Shown: one piece after another, positions 49,310 to 61,074 of the stretch | Position numbering within the stretch: the stretch's first letter is position 1 | How the letters are laid out: each line of letters opens with the position of its first letter | Assembly: GCF_964194155.1 (NCBI RefSeq) | Contig: NC_135893.1 | Coordinates: 22,134,001-22,198,000 of the forward strand | Direction of reading: 5' to 3' | Source of the DNA: Cetorhinus maximus | Taxonomy: Eukaryota | Length of the DNA: 64,000 nucleotides | Notes under the pieces: model-generated | Database searches by the model: none | Told to the model about the DNA's origin: nothing | The model's input: only the letters and a program-made list of their open reading frames with translations | Program-made: the position numbers and the translations under genes

Positions 49310-50905
49310 TGAGTAGCGCTGAAAAAGGGACAAGTCAAAGTTTTTCATCTTGCACTCATCAGGACATTCGCAGGAATACCAAATGTAAAGGGAACAACAA
49401 TTTATACTTCATGAGAAGAGACTGCTGATTGGTTAGCAAGTGGACTCTGATTGGTAGATGTATTGCCAAGGAGAATGCACCAGTTAATTGATGACTGACA
49501 GTTAACTGCCAAGCGGTGTTTAAATTCAAACCAGACAGTTTGACTTTGATTGGTCAAGGCATTGCCCTGTGGAATGAGCCAGGGCATGGCTGTCACCTAT
49601 TTCTACTACCATCTACTGCAAACCTACCTTCACTGGTCAATATACAGGTTGGGATTCCTACAGTTCCACAAGCTATAAGATTGGCCTTATTGGCAACCTT
49701 GTAAATAGGACCCAAGCCATTTCCTCACCGTGCAAGCTTGTTGCTGAAATAAAGTGCATCAAAACCATCCTGTGAGATAACGGCTACCCTGATCAGATCA
49801 TTGCACACTGTATGTCTCACAAACTTATGAATGTGCCTAAGGCTGCCACTTTTGGTCCTGAAAAGTGCCCAGTCAATCTCAGATTACCCTGGAAGTGTAA
49901 GGTACCTCAAAAATTTGAGCAGGTGAAGGTAGCCATCTCACGCTGGTACTATGTAGTAGCAACATGAGTGGTGTTCGCCACTAACAGAATGCTGCCGTCA
50001 AGCCAAAAAGACATTCTGCCTATCACACAAATTAATAATGTGATATATGAATGTATGTTTAGCACCCTCTGCTATATTACATTGAGGGGCAGGAACCTGT
50101 GTAAAATCCTTTGGGTTTTATGTTGGGTATGTACATTATCGGTATAACTTGTAATAGTAAGTGTAGTGAGGTACCTCAAGTGTCACATACTGTAACAAAG
50201 GAAATTGAATTGTTTGGTAGTACAGAACTTGAGTATCACTGATAATAGAGACAAGTCAAAGCTTTTTGTCTTGCACTCGTCTGGACATTTGCAAGAATAC
50301 CAAATGCAGTGTGATGCTAGGTATGTAGGGCGTACGTCCCAAAGGCTGCTGGATCGCATGTCTTTCAGCTGTTTGCAACAAGCAAGGTGCTGACTGTACA
50401 AAGCCAGCCCATGCTTGCAAAACTCAAAACACAGTGTCCAACATATGATGTAATTCCGCAATTGGACAACATTGCTAAACAATCCTGAAAACCAATTCTA
50501 AGAATTACGCTAGCAACCAATCTAAGATTATCAGTTAGGCTTGCAGTGTGGTGCGCTAAAAGCTACATATATTAATACACAGGGCCCTGTTCTTTGCAGA
50601 CAGAAAGAACATGTACACACATGGCGTCTGTTTCAACTGAACAAAATGGGCAATTGTGATGCTCTGATTCATTTCCAGGATAATGCCTTGACCAATCAGA
50701 GTCGATCTGCCTGGTTTGAATTTAAACTATTGCAGTTAACTGTCAGTCATCAGTTAACTGGTGCATTCCCCATGTCAACGTCTCTGCCAGAGTCGACTTG
50801 CCAACCAATCAGCACTCTCTTCTCATGAAGTGTAAATTGTTGCTGTCTTTGCATTTGGTATTCTTGTGAATGTCCTGATAAGTGCAAGATGATAATCTTT
50901 GACAT
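49310..50905 (+). mobile_element. Penelope-like retroelement (family B): inverted 3' end, RT C-terminus, GIY-YIG and 3' UTR with hammerhead-like motif
   Basis: About 49310-49600 is an inverted copy of the 3' UTR at about 50640-50905. An NGYP motif lies near 49779, and QCDARYVGRTSQRL is a GIY-YIG motif. Confidence 0.8.
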
Positions 50906-53379
50906 AGAACCATAGAAAAGTTACAGCACAGAAGGAGGCCATTCACCCATCTTGTCCATGCCAGCCTGAGGACACCTAGGTGCCCTTTCTAATCCCACCT
51001 TCCTGCACCTGGCCCATAGCCCTGCAGTTTACAGCACTTAAGGTGCGGATCCAGGTACTTTTTAAAAGAGTTTAGAGTTTCTGCCTCTACCATCAACTTG
51101 GGCAGCGAATTCCAGACACCCATTTTTTTGGTGATACTCAAGTTGTGTACTACCAAACAATTCAATTTCCTTTGTTACAGTACGTGACACTTGAGGTACC
51201 TCACTACAATTACTATTACAAAAAACATTCATTTCCCCATGCCTGTTCCTGCAGACCACAATTTCTATGTACTTTAGTGTTTTTTTTAATGTTATACTAT
51301 GCAATATTTTTTCCTTACATAGTTTAAGAATATAATCCATTTTAACAAGTTCAAAAGAGCAAAAGGGTAACATAAGCTAGAAATTATTGTCCACAGCAGT
51401 AGTGCATGAATGTTCAATGTGTTTGTTTGACATTTCACCATCTACTATTTTAAGAGGTAACCCAGCTACCTTTTAGATTATGTCAAACCAAAACCCGGTT
51501 TGCCTATTCCAGTAATGTTAAAGATTTCTTGACATTTTTCAAAGGGAGCTGTCCAACTATCCTGGCCAATATTGTTTACCCAACTGACACCATCCAAAAC
51601 AGATTAGCTGGAGAGTTGTCCAACTACTGGTTGCAAAACCTGCTGTGTGCCATATTTACCTACATGACAGCTGCTGCCATTCGTAGTATTCATTGTATGT
51701 GAAGTACTTTGGGTTATTTCTGAGAGATAAGATGCTACATAAAAGCAATTTTTTTCTTGTACGCTATGTCTTACCCCAAAACAAAAAAAGTTTTCTGAAA
51801 TCATGTGATTTCTTCACCTCATGAATTTTGCCTTGGTATGCCTTATTTCACTGCACAGGGACACAAGACAGTTTGATGTTATCTGCAACATTTTGTTTTG
51901 TTTCCTTTTCAGCAAAACATCAAAATACATGTCCCACAAGTGATCATTAGACCTGTGGCATTTTTATTTCACCTCCACAAGAGCCAGATCCCACGTCATG
52001 ATCCCCACAGAAATTCTTGGTCTGTCACTCTGTCATGTCTTCGTTTCCCAGCACTTCTGCCTCCCCTGCCCTGCATATATCTCAGCTACAACCCCATCTC
52101 TGCTGCACCTAGATGGCTCCCAAAATTAATCTGAACTAAAGAAAATATGACATGAATCACCAACCCATTTGGGAATTTAAAAAAATGATCAAAACAAATC
52201 CTTCACCCCAAAATGAAACATTTTTCGGATTATAATCTGCAGCTAATTCAGAAGTCTTTTTTGCACTAATTTGTTTTCAAATTATCCAATAGTTTTAATG
52301 AGTCATGCATGACAACAGTAGCTTTGCAGGAATTGTTGTTTTGCTTGTTTTTAAGCCCTTTGAAATCCATGAAGAGTAGGATGCTAAAATGATCATGCGC
52401 CATTCATTTTGACATAACTTTGTCAACATGAGGGCATGTTCAAAAACAGCTTGAATGTTAATATGATTTAACCCAACTTTGATGGTTTACAAATGCTTCA
52501 CTTCTGCATCTTTATGATCCACAGAAAATTCTTTAAAGTGTGTTTGGACATAAAGTAGCATAAGCACTTCTTTAGATGAATAAAACTGTAATTCCCATGT
52601 TCTTTGTAGTTTCTAAAAGACTGGAGAATACATCAAATAAAGGATCAAAAATCTAATTTATCTCAGAGAACATATCCCCAAATTCTCCCAGAAAATAATC
52701 CTGGTGCCTACAACATTTGCATCTGCTTTCATGTTTCGTGCACTTAAAGTGAAGGAATGCTTGGTTTACCCACATCTTAAATTACAAGCCTAAACACCAC
52801 TACACTTTCAATCTAATTCCTTGTTCTCACACCAGGGCCTTTGTGGAGTTGTCAGCTGTTCTGGGGCTGTCTCAGTTTCTTGCAAGTTTTCTAGGTTGGC
52901 AAGTCACAAGGCCTAAGGCCGAGCAGGAAAGGGGCAGGTCAAACATTGCATGGTAAGGGATCACGGGTACATGGGAACCGACATGAACATCCCTTAGCAA
53001 ATCCACTTTAACTACTGAACAAATTCACATTAAGCATGGGAGATCTGCTAATTATTTTTTTATGTTTATACATCCATTAGTCATTTTTCCAATATATGAG
53101 GACAAATTGCGATAATGCATTTTCTTACTCCAGTGATGTTAAACAGGAGAAACATCTTGTTTCCTTTCATTGAACCCTTTGGAATGCCTGAATGTAAGTA
53201 CCTTGGGTTAAGCAGGGGCAATCCAGCCAGGCTTCCCCCTTCTGTTCACTATGCAGTGACTCCTGCTGGAAAGCACATTCATGTCAGACATCTGGTGAAA
53301 ATTAGATTGGGGAACGTGATGCTCCCTACAGGTGAACAGCCCACTCCTTAATTGTCCATGAGCAATAGACTGAGGTATG

Positions 53380-54920
53380 GGAGGGTGATCAGTGCTCCTG
53401 GAACCTGTACGCCAACAAGTGTCAGCACCTTCAGAGAAGGAGAGCGAATAGGAGGAAAGAAGCAATAAAAAACTTGCCATAAATATTAAAAGGGTAGTCT
53501 CAGGAAGGTGGGGGCCAATTAGGAGGCAGAGGACATGGCTGAGGTACTAAATCAGTACTGTCATCTGTCCTCATTAAACAGAAGGATGCTGTCAACATAG
53601 CAGTAAAGGAGGAGACAATCACAATTTTGCATAGGATAAAAATAAATAAAGACATTGCACCTAAAAGGTGGATGTAACTCAAAGTATAAGAGTCACCCGG
53701 TCTAAGTTGGATTCATGCTATGTCACTAAAGGAAGATAAAAATGAAAATTGTGGAGACTCTGGTTACATTTTCCCAATCCTCCTTGGATATGGCAGTGGT
53801 GCCAGAGGACTGGAGAATTGCAAATGCTACACTCCTGCTTAAAATAGTTGGGATGAATAAATCTAACAATTATAGGCCAGTCAGCCAAACGTCAGTAGTT
53901 GGGGAAACTTTTACAGACAATGACCAGGGAACAAGATTAATTGGAATTTGGAAAAGTTTCAACTAATAAATGAAAGCTAGCACAGATTTGAAAAAGTAAA
54001 TTGTGTTTGACCAACTTGATTGTGTTCTTGTAACTGAGGGGATTGATGAAAGTAGTGCGGTTGATATTGTGTATATGAGCTTTCAAAAGGTGTTTGACAA
54101 AGTACCACATAATAGATTTGCTAGAAAAATTAAAATCCATGGGATTAAAGGGACATTGGCAGCATTGATACAAAATTGGCTTTAGGGCACAAAATAGAGA
54201 CAAGTGTTTTTTTTAGTCTGAAGGGAAGTAAACAGTCGTGTCCCCTAGGGTTCAGTATTAGGCCTACTGCTCTTTTCAATATATATTAATGACCTAGTCT
54301 TCGATATACAGGACATGATTTCAAAGTTTGCAGATGATATGAAACTCATATATGTAGTAAACAATTAGGAAGATTGTAACTGACTTCAGGAGGACTTTGC
54401 CAGACTGTTGATGTGGACACATCAGAGATGAAATTTAACACACAGAATTAAAGTATAAAGTGATACATTTTGTTTGGGGAGAGACAATATTCTTCTTCAT
54501 CTTTGACAGTCCCTCAGGATCAAGGATGACTTGATTCCAATCCGGTTCAATGGGTTCTGAGATGGCTGGTAAGTCCAATGTGCGATTTGCAGATTCTGCC
54601 ACCGGCAGGACTGGTGATGCTTGGAGTGTCAGGTGGATGAGTTGCTGGGAGGTTTGTACGTGCTCTCCCTCACTCCAACCTTGCCTCTGTGTGTTCCCGA
54701 AAATGTCTCTTGATGTGTTTGGTACCTTCCTGGATAAGCCTTCTCAATTTTGGTCAGTCACAAACCAAGGACTTTCATGAGTCACGGCGATGTTTGACCT
54801 CTTCAAGGATGCTTTGAGGACATTCCTGAAGCATTTCCGTTTCCATTTGGAGACAATATAAACTAAATGGTACAATTTTAAAGTGGGTGCAGCAACAGAG
54901 TGACCATGCATGTGTACAAA
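53380..54920 (+). mobile_element. Degenerate CR1-clade LINE (host of nested insertions)
   Basis: Encodes VVPEDWRIAN, NYRPVS, VDIVYMSFQKVFDKVPH and vplgsvlgll..INDL..KFADD remnants. Confidence 0.85.
54491..54849 (-). mobile_element. RTE-clade LINE 3' fragment
   Basis: The minus strand encodes KRKCFRNVLKASLKRSNI (RTE/BovB-like C-terminus) and has a (gaa)-type tail. The 10-bp TSD gagacaatat is at 54481-54490 and 54850-54859. Confidence 0.75.
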
Positions 54921-54934
54921 TCCCTGAAATAAAG

Positions 54935-56440
54935 ACAATAGTACTGAAGACTTGTGCTCCAGAACTTGCCACGACCCTAGCCAAGCTGTTCCAGTACAGC
55001 TACAACATTGGCATCAACCCTACAATGTGGAAAATTGCCTAGTTATGTCCTGTACACAAAAAGCAGGTCAAATCCATTCCGGGCAATTGCTGCCCCATCA
55101 GTCTACTCTCGATTATCAGTACAAAGATGGAAGGGTTCATCAACAGTGCTATCAAGTGGCACTTGCTTAGAAATAACCTGCTCACTGACACTCAGTTTGG
55201 GTTTCACCAGTGTCAGTCAGCCTCTGACCTCATTACAGCCTTGGTTCAAGCATGGACAAAAGAGCTGAATTCCAGACGTGAGGTGAGAGTGACTGCCCTT
55301 GACACCAAGACAGCACTTGACCGAGTGTGGCATCAAGGAGCCCTAGCAAAACTGGAGTCAATGGGAATCAGGGGGAAAGCTCTCTGCTGGTTGGACTCAT
55401 ACCTAGCACATAGGAAGATGGTTGCGGTTACTGGAGGTCAACCATCTCAGTTCCAGGACATCATTGCAGGAATTCCTCAGGATAGTGTCCTAGGCCCAAC
55501 CATCTTCATCTGCTTCATCAACGACCTTCCTTCCATCATAAGGTCAGAAGTGAGGATGTTCGATGATGATTGTACAATGTTCATCACCATTCATGACTCC
55601 TCAGATACTGAAGCAGCCAATGTTCAAATGCAGCAAGATCTGGACAATATCCAGGCTTGGACTGGCAAGTGGCATAATATTTGTGCCACACAAGTGCCAG
55701 GCAATGACTATCTCCAACAAGAGAGAATCTAACCATCACCCCTTGATATCCAATGGCATTACCATCATTGAACTCCCCACTATCAACATCCCAGGGGTTA
55801 TCACAGACCAAAAACTGAACTGGACTAGCCATATAAATACTGTGGCTACAAGAGCAGGTCAGAGGCTAGGAATCCTTCGGTGAGTAACTCTTCCTGACTC
55901 CCCAAAACCTGTCCACCATCTACAAGGCACAAGTCAGGAGTGTAATGGAATACTCTCCAGTTGCCTGGATGAGTGCAGCTCCCACAACACTCAAGAAGCT
56001 TGACACCATCCAGGACAAAGCAGCCCGCTTGATTGGCACCACATCCACAAACATTCACTCCCTCCATCCTGACACACAGTACCATCTATAAGATGCACTG
56101 CAGGAATTCACCAAGGTTCCTTAGGCAGCACCTTCCAAACCCACGACCACTGCCATCTAGAAGGACAAGGGCAGCAGATTAATGGGAAAACCACCACCTG
56201 GAAGTTCCCTTCCAAGTCACTCACCATCCTGACTTGGAAATATATCGCCGCTTCTTCACTGTCACTGGGTCAAAATCCTGGAACCCCCTCCCTAACAGCA
56301 CTGTGGGTGTACCTACACCACATGGACTGCAGCTGTTCAAGAAGGCAGCTCACCACCACCTTCTCAAGGGCAATTAGGGATGAGCAATAAATGCTGGCCC
56401 AGCCAGCGATGCCCACATCCCCTGAATGAATTTTTAAAAA
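54935..56440 (+). mobile_element. HER1-like LINE (RT 3' half), sharing its tail with the HE1 SINEs
   Basis: ORF 55127..55732 has QFGF, ALD..ALDRVWH, GIPQDSVLGPTIF..FINDL and MFDDD. Tail gggcaattagggatgagcaataaatgctggcc..cccacatccc. Confidence 0.88.
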
Positions 56441-56564
56441 GTTCTGGGCATCATACTTTATAAAGGATGTCAATTCTGTGAGTTCCAGTGCAAAAAGGAT
56501 CAGAATTATTTATAAATGAATTGAACCTGCCTGTGCCTCAGATTGAAACCGTTCACTTCCCCCC

Positions 56565-56930
56565 AGGCACGCGCGTTCCCGCCTGCCCACTGGGCGCCCG
56601 CCCCCTGGCGGCTCCGGGCGCGCGCCCCCTAATGGCTCTGGATGTGCGCCCCCTTGATGGCTCTGGGTGCGCGCCCCCTGATGGCTCTGGGTGCGCGCCC
56701 CCTGATGGCTCTGTACGAGCGCGCTCCTGCCGGATGAGCGGAAGCGGCGGAAACTCGGAGCCAGCCTCCTGCAGGTAATCGCCCCCACCCTGGGCCCACT
56801 CCCAACTGCAGCCTGAGGCCGCGGCCTAGCGAGCGGCTCGGTGTCCCCGGGCCCCGGAGGTTCCTCTAACCCATCCTTCCCCAGAGCCCGAGCCGCTTTT
56901 TGTACCGGAGGCTCGGTTAGGGAACACGGG
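56565..56930 (+). promoter_or_regulatory. CpG island promoter and likely non-coding first exon of TMCO4 (donor at 56775)
   Basis: High CpG density, tandem ETS motifs (cggaagcggcggaaa), TGCGCGC NRF1-like motifs and ctgcag|gtaatc. Confidence 0.7.
56594..56713. repeat. 24-bp GC-rich tandem repeat, 5 units (gcgccccctgatggctctgggtgc)
   Basis: Directly visible tandem units. Confidence 0.9.
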
Positions 56931-57839
56931 CCAAAACTGGTGTTAACTAATTAACTGACTAACCACTACTACTACTGCTGCTGCTGCTGTGAGCCTAACT
57001 TCCTCTTCACACAGATAAATAGTCTAAAGTGTTGTCTGCCTTTATCGGGAAATCACTCAATAATACCCACCTGCCCCAGGTAAATACAGGGAGTAAATAG
57101 TCCACCTGCACTAATAACTAAATGTAAATATCCCGAGTAACCTGCCCCCTCAGTCAGAATAATAACTGCCCTCATCTTGGGAAATATGCTGAATAATACC
57201 CACACCCCCTTGATGAATACAGAAAGCAGTAATGCTCTCCGCAGGCCAAATACCCAACTGATGCCACTTGTTTGCTGAATTTGTGATCATTGAATCCAAA
57301 TCTGATTGGAAAATTCATTTTGTTTATACAAGTAGATTCCAAGTTCAATGCCATAAGAAGCCTTAGGTTTCACTTTCTGCTCTATCCTCTATTACAACCT
57401 CTTGTAGCCTCCAATGTGGAGCTTGGTGCACTGCACATAACCAATTAGTCACCGTATGTTTTTGATGGCACCAAAATTTGCTGTGAAACTAATGTGTGCA
57501 ATGAATCTTCCTTTTTTTAATCCAACTCATTGGCAAGTTGATGACAGGGTGCAAATCATTTATGTGTTTCTTTACACTTAGCTTCAAAGCTAAATTGCCA
57601 GCTTGTTTCTATCAACTGAAACCACTATTTTAGGATTTAAAAAAACCAGGGAAACAAGATCCCATCTTGTATTGCCAGAGGGACAGAACATAGGAGCCGA
57701 TGGTAAAAATGAGCTTTATAAAATATTGAAATGACTTCACATTGAGTGCAAAGCATCTCCTGGGCTAACAGTCAGCTTGTATAGAGCACTGACTTGCTCA
57801 GCAAGGCAAGCTTTTGAGTAGTCAAATCTAGAGCTGCCA

Positions 57840-58420
57840 AACATTCTTGATAGGGTGGACACAGAGATTGTTTCTATTGATCAGGGAATCTAAAACACAG
57901 GGACACAGTCTCAGGATAAGGGGCCGATCATTTAGGACTGAGATGAGGGGAAATTTCACCCAATAGATTGTGAATTTTTGGAATTCTCTACCCCAGAAGA
58001 TTCTGGATGCTCCATTGTTGAATACGTCTAAGGCTGGGTTTGACAGATTATAGGGGTCTCAGGGAATTAAGGGATAGATATATGGAGTGGGCAGGAAAAT
58101 GGAGTTGAAGCCCAAGGTCAGCTATGGTCGTATTGAATGGCGGAGCAGGCTCAATGTGCAATGTGGTCTACTCCTCCTATTTCTTATGTTCTTATGAAAC
58201 TGTTTCACCCAGTAAACGATGAGTGTCTGGAGCTCACTGCCTGAAAGGGTGATAGAGGCAGACGTTTTCCATGCATTTAAAAATAATTTGGATATGTATT
58301 TGAAATGCTGTAACCTACAAGGCTCAGACCAAGAGCTGGAAAATTATTTTTCAGTTGGCACGGACATGATGGGCCAAATGGCCTCCTCCTGTAGGGCAGT
58401 AGATTTTCTGCATTTCTATG
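57840..58420 (+). mobile_element. Two adjacent CR1 3' fragments
   Basis: Tails ending ttcttatgttcttatg (~58195) and atttctatg (~58420); VWSSLPERVIEAD remnant. Confidence 0.75.
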
Positions 58421-58934
58421 TACAAGGTTGCGGTAGTGGATGTTTGAGACCTTGTTGATATCATGTTTGATGTGAAACTTAGTCCAGGTTGAATAGGATG
58501 TGAAGCTTGTGAATTTCATACAGCTCTTCCGCCATCACCATGGGAAAACATTCGCATGGTTTATAACCCTGAGCACGGGACCCTCACCTGGGTCTGGAGC
58601 GACTTGCAAAAGGGCAGAGACAACCACCCCCTGAGGCCTCAAATGAGCCTGCTATCCAAGTGCTAGTTGTGTATTAGATTTTATGAAAGTACAGTAAGGG
58701 TTTGTCAGAAGTAGAGAATCCTGCTCTCCATATCTCCTTTCTTCTACAAAACTTGTTCACAGTCCATTACCTGTTCCCTGTTGACTGAAATCACTTCCTA
58801 TCAAGGGGCAAGTAATTTATTTTAGGGATTCTATTCGACTGCTTGGTCCATACCAGCACATCTTTAACAATGAAGTGTCATAATCCTAAATGAGATCTGG
58901 CAGGCCCAGTGTTAAAATCCAGCCCTAAAAGGTG

Positions 58935-59355
58935 TCAGCCTTGATTCAATGGCAGCCCTCTGACTTCTCAGTTAGAAGGTTGTGGGATCAGGCCTCACTC
59001 TGGAGACTTGAACACATAATCCAAGCTGACACTTCAGTGAAAGACTGACGGAGTGTTGTACTCTTGAAGGTGTTATCTTTCATATGAGATGTTAAACTGA
59101 GGTCCCGTCTGCCCTCTTAATTAGATCTGAAAGATGATCAGGGAAATTCCCCTGACCAATATTTATCCTGCAACCAACATCTCGAAAACAGATTATTTAG
59201 TCATTATTACATTGCTGCTCGTGAGAACTTGCTGCGTGCAAATTGTCTATAGCCGTTTTTACATTGCAACAGTGACTACACTTTAACAGTATTTAAATGG
59301 CTGTAAAGTGTTTTGGGACATCCTGAGGTAGTGACAGGTGCTATATAAATTCATG
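58935..59355 (+). mobile_element. SacSINE1/DeuSINE-like SINE, near full length
   Basis: tRNA-like head, Deu-like core (gaccaatatttatcc..caaccaacatc) and L2-like tail (gggacatcctgagg..gtgctatataaat). Confidence 0.72.
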
Positions 59356-59394
59356 TACTTTCTTTCATTAAGATATTTAATACCCACAAACTTG

Positions 59395-59760
59395 CAGTAC
59401 TGATTATCTCTGCATCCATTATCCAAAACCCTTGGGGCTGATTGCATTTCAGTATTCAGAAATTTTTGGTTTTCGGATGTGACATGTCTACTGTGTATAC
59501 AGTAGGCCTCACCTACTGACATTACAATAGCCTAAGCCTAGGCTAGCTATCGTCTACAAATTTGACATGGTAAAATAAAAGCACTAAATAGCCACAAAAA
59601 TCGAAAGGTAACACAAACAAGAAGACTTTCCGCGCTAAAGGTCAGGTCTGATCGGCGAGGTTCATGTCGGCTTGGGTCGCAGACTTCCCACGTAAAAAGT
59701 GTTTGGTTTTTGGATGTGTTCGGTTTTTAGATGCATGCGTAAAGGATACTCCACTTGTAG
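59395..59760. mobile_element. Tigger/pogo-like MITE
   Basis: The left end ..attatccaaaacccttgggg..ttttcggat and right end ..ttcggtttttagatg..aaggatactccacttgTA resemble Tigger4/MER46-type termini. The TIRs are degenerate. Confidence 0.5.
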
Positions 59761-60943
59761 TACCTAAGCAGGAGGTGGTTCATGGACAATTAAGGACCAG
59801 TCAACCTTGTTTGAGATCAGTGTGCAAAAATGTGTCATGTAAAATTCATGCAGCCCCTTGAACTGGCTCTGGGGTGTGGAGCCAGGGAGGTTGGTCATAT
59901 TTGAGATGGGGCTCTGTGGATTCTGGATCTTTGACTGTTTAACTGAATGCATTTTAACAACTGTTGTGAGAAACTTATCCTCAGAAGCCTTCGCTCCATT
60001 CTGAAGCTCATTTTGAGTTATTGTAGCAAGCAAATAATCCCCTTTCTGTGTGTCAGGAGTCTGTGTGTGTTATTGGAAATCGTTCACTCGCCAGTTGATT
60101 GTACATAGCAGTTACTTAGGGAAATGCAGTAAACTCAGATTTCTTTAACTTCGGCTGTTAATGAAAATCTAGTCCTCCTCAAGTTTGAGTACTGGATTGA
60201 TGCAGCCCTCGCTGACTTGTGGAGCTTGTTTTGAGCAACTTTTTTTACAGTTGGATCATATTTCACATTTTGCTGCAGGGCAACTGTGAATTTGAAGGTC
60301 ACAACCTACTCATAAGGTTAATGAACCACACTGTGAGCTGAATTTTTCACAACCTCAAGTTTGAGGAACATTGTAAGAAGTTCCTGTTTCCGTACTGAGA
60401 TTTGCTATGCTGCAGTTGAGTATGCATGCTCAAAACTGAATGAAACATTTCAATATGGAACAATACCTGGATCTCATTAGAAGGTAATGGTCTGATTAAG
60501 GAGTTCAGGTGTCATTTTTAGTTCCAAGAGTGATGGTTGAGTCATTACCAAGTTATTACTGTTAACTGAACACTAAAGAGTTCAATTTGAAAACACACTA
60601 TTGCATTTGGTATATTCTGTGGTGCATAATGTAAATTCCATGGGGGCTTTTTTTAAGTTCAGTTTACTCTTGGCAATACCTATCAGTATGGATGCTGTGT
60701 TGAAAATTGTTAACGTTTAGTACTATCCACACAGAACAATTAACGAATGTGATTTATTGCCACCAGCTTATTGCAGAATAATCATCAGGAAATGGTGTGG
60801 CAGTTGTTTCATGTTAATGCTATTCTTGCTTTTCTCTTTATTTTTGTTGTTTAATTTTTTTGTTAAAACACTTCCTTTCTCAGATACCAGCTGAAAATGT
60901 CCACACCACTGACCAGGACAGAGCAGCTCACAGCCCTGTGAAG

Positions 60944-61074
60944 ATGAGCTGCTCAGGTGAAGAGAAAGAGCCACTGGAGTTGGTTGGCCGACTGCTGAGT
61001 GAACCAGGAAGGTTTGCGTATGGCGGCCTGTGTGGTGTTACATTGTCATTGTTGTTTTCCGAAGAGGAACACAG
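60944..61074 (+). CDS. TMCO4: TMCO4 first recognisable coding exon (exon acceptor at 60883/60884; start codon uncertain)
   Basis: MSCSGEEKEPLELVGRLLSEPGRFAYGGLCGVTLSLLFSEEEH matches the TMCO4 N-terminus (RFAYAALCGISLSQLF); donor ag|gttagt. Confidence 0.85.

Noticed and set aside
48761-49312. 183-aa ORF
   Set aside because: It is AT-rich with a non-ATG start and runs through a Penelope solo repeat and a Tx1 3' end; not protein-like.
60455-60483. ATG-containing candidate upstream coding exon for TMCO4 (aag|gtaatg)
   Set aside because: Splicing to 60884 puts its ATG out of frame with TMCO4, and the matching frame has a TAG just before the donor. At most it is a UTR exon.
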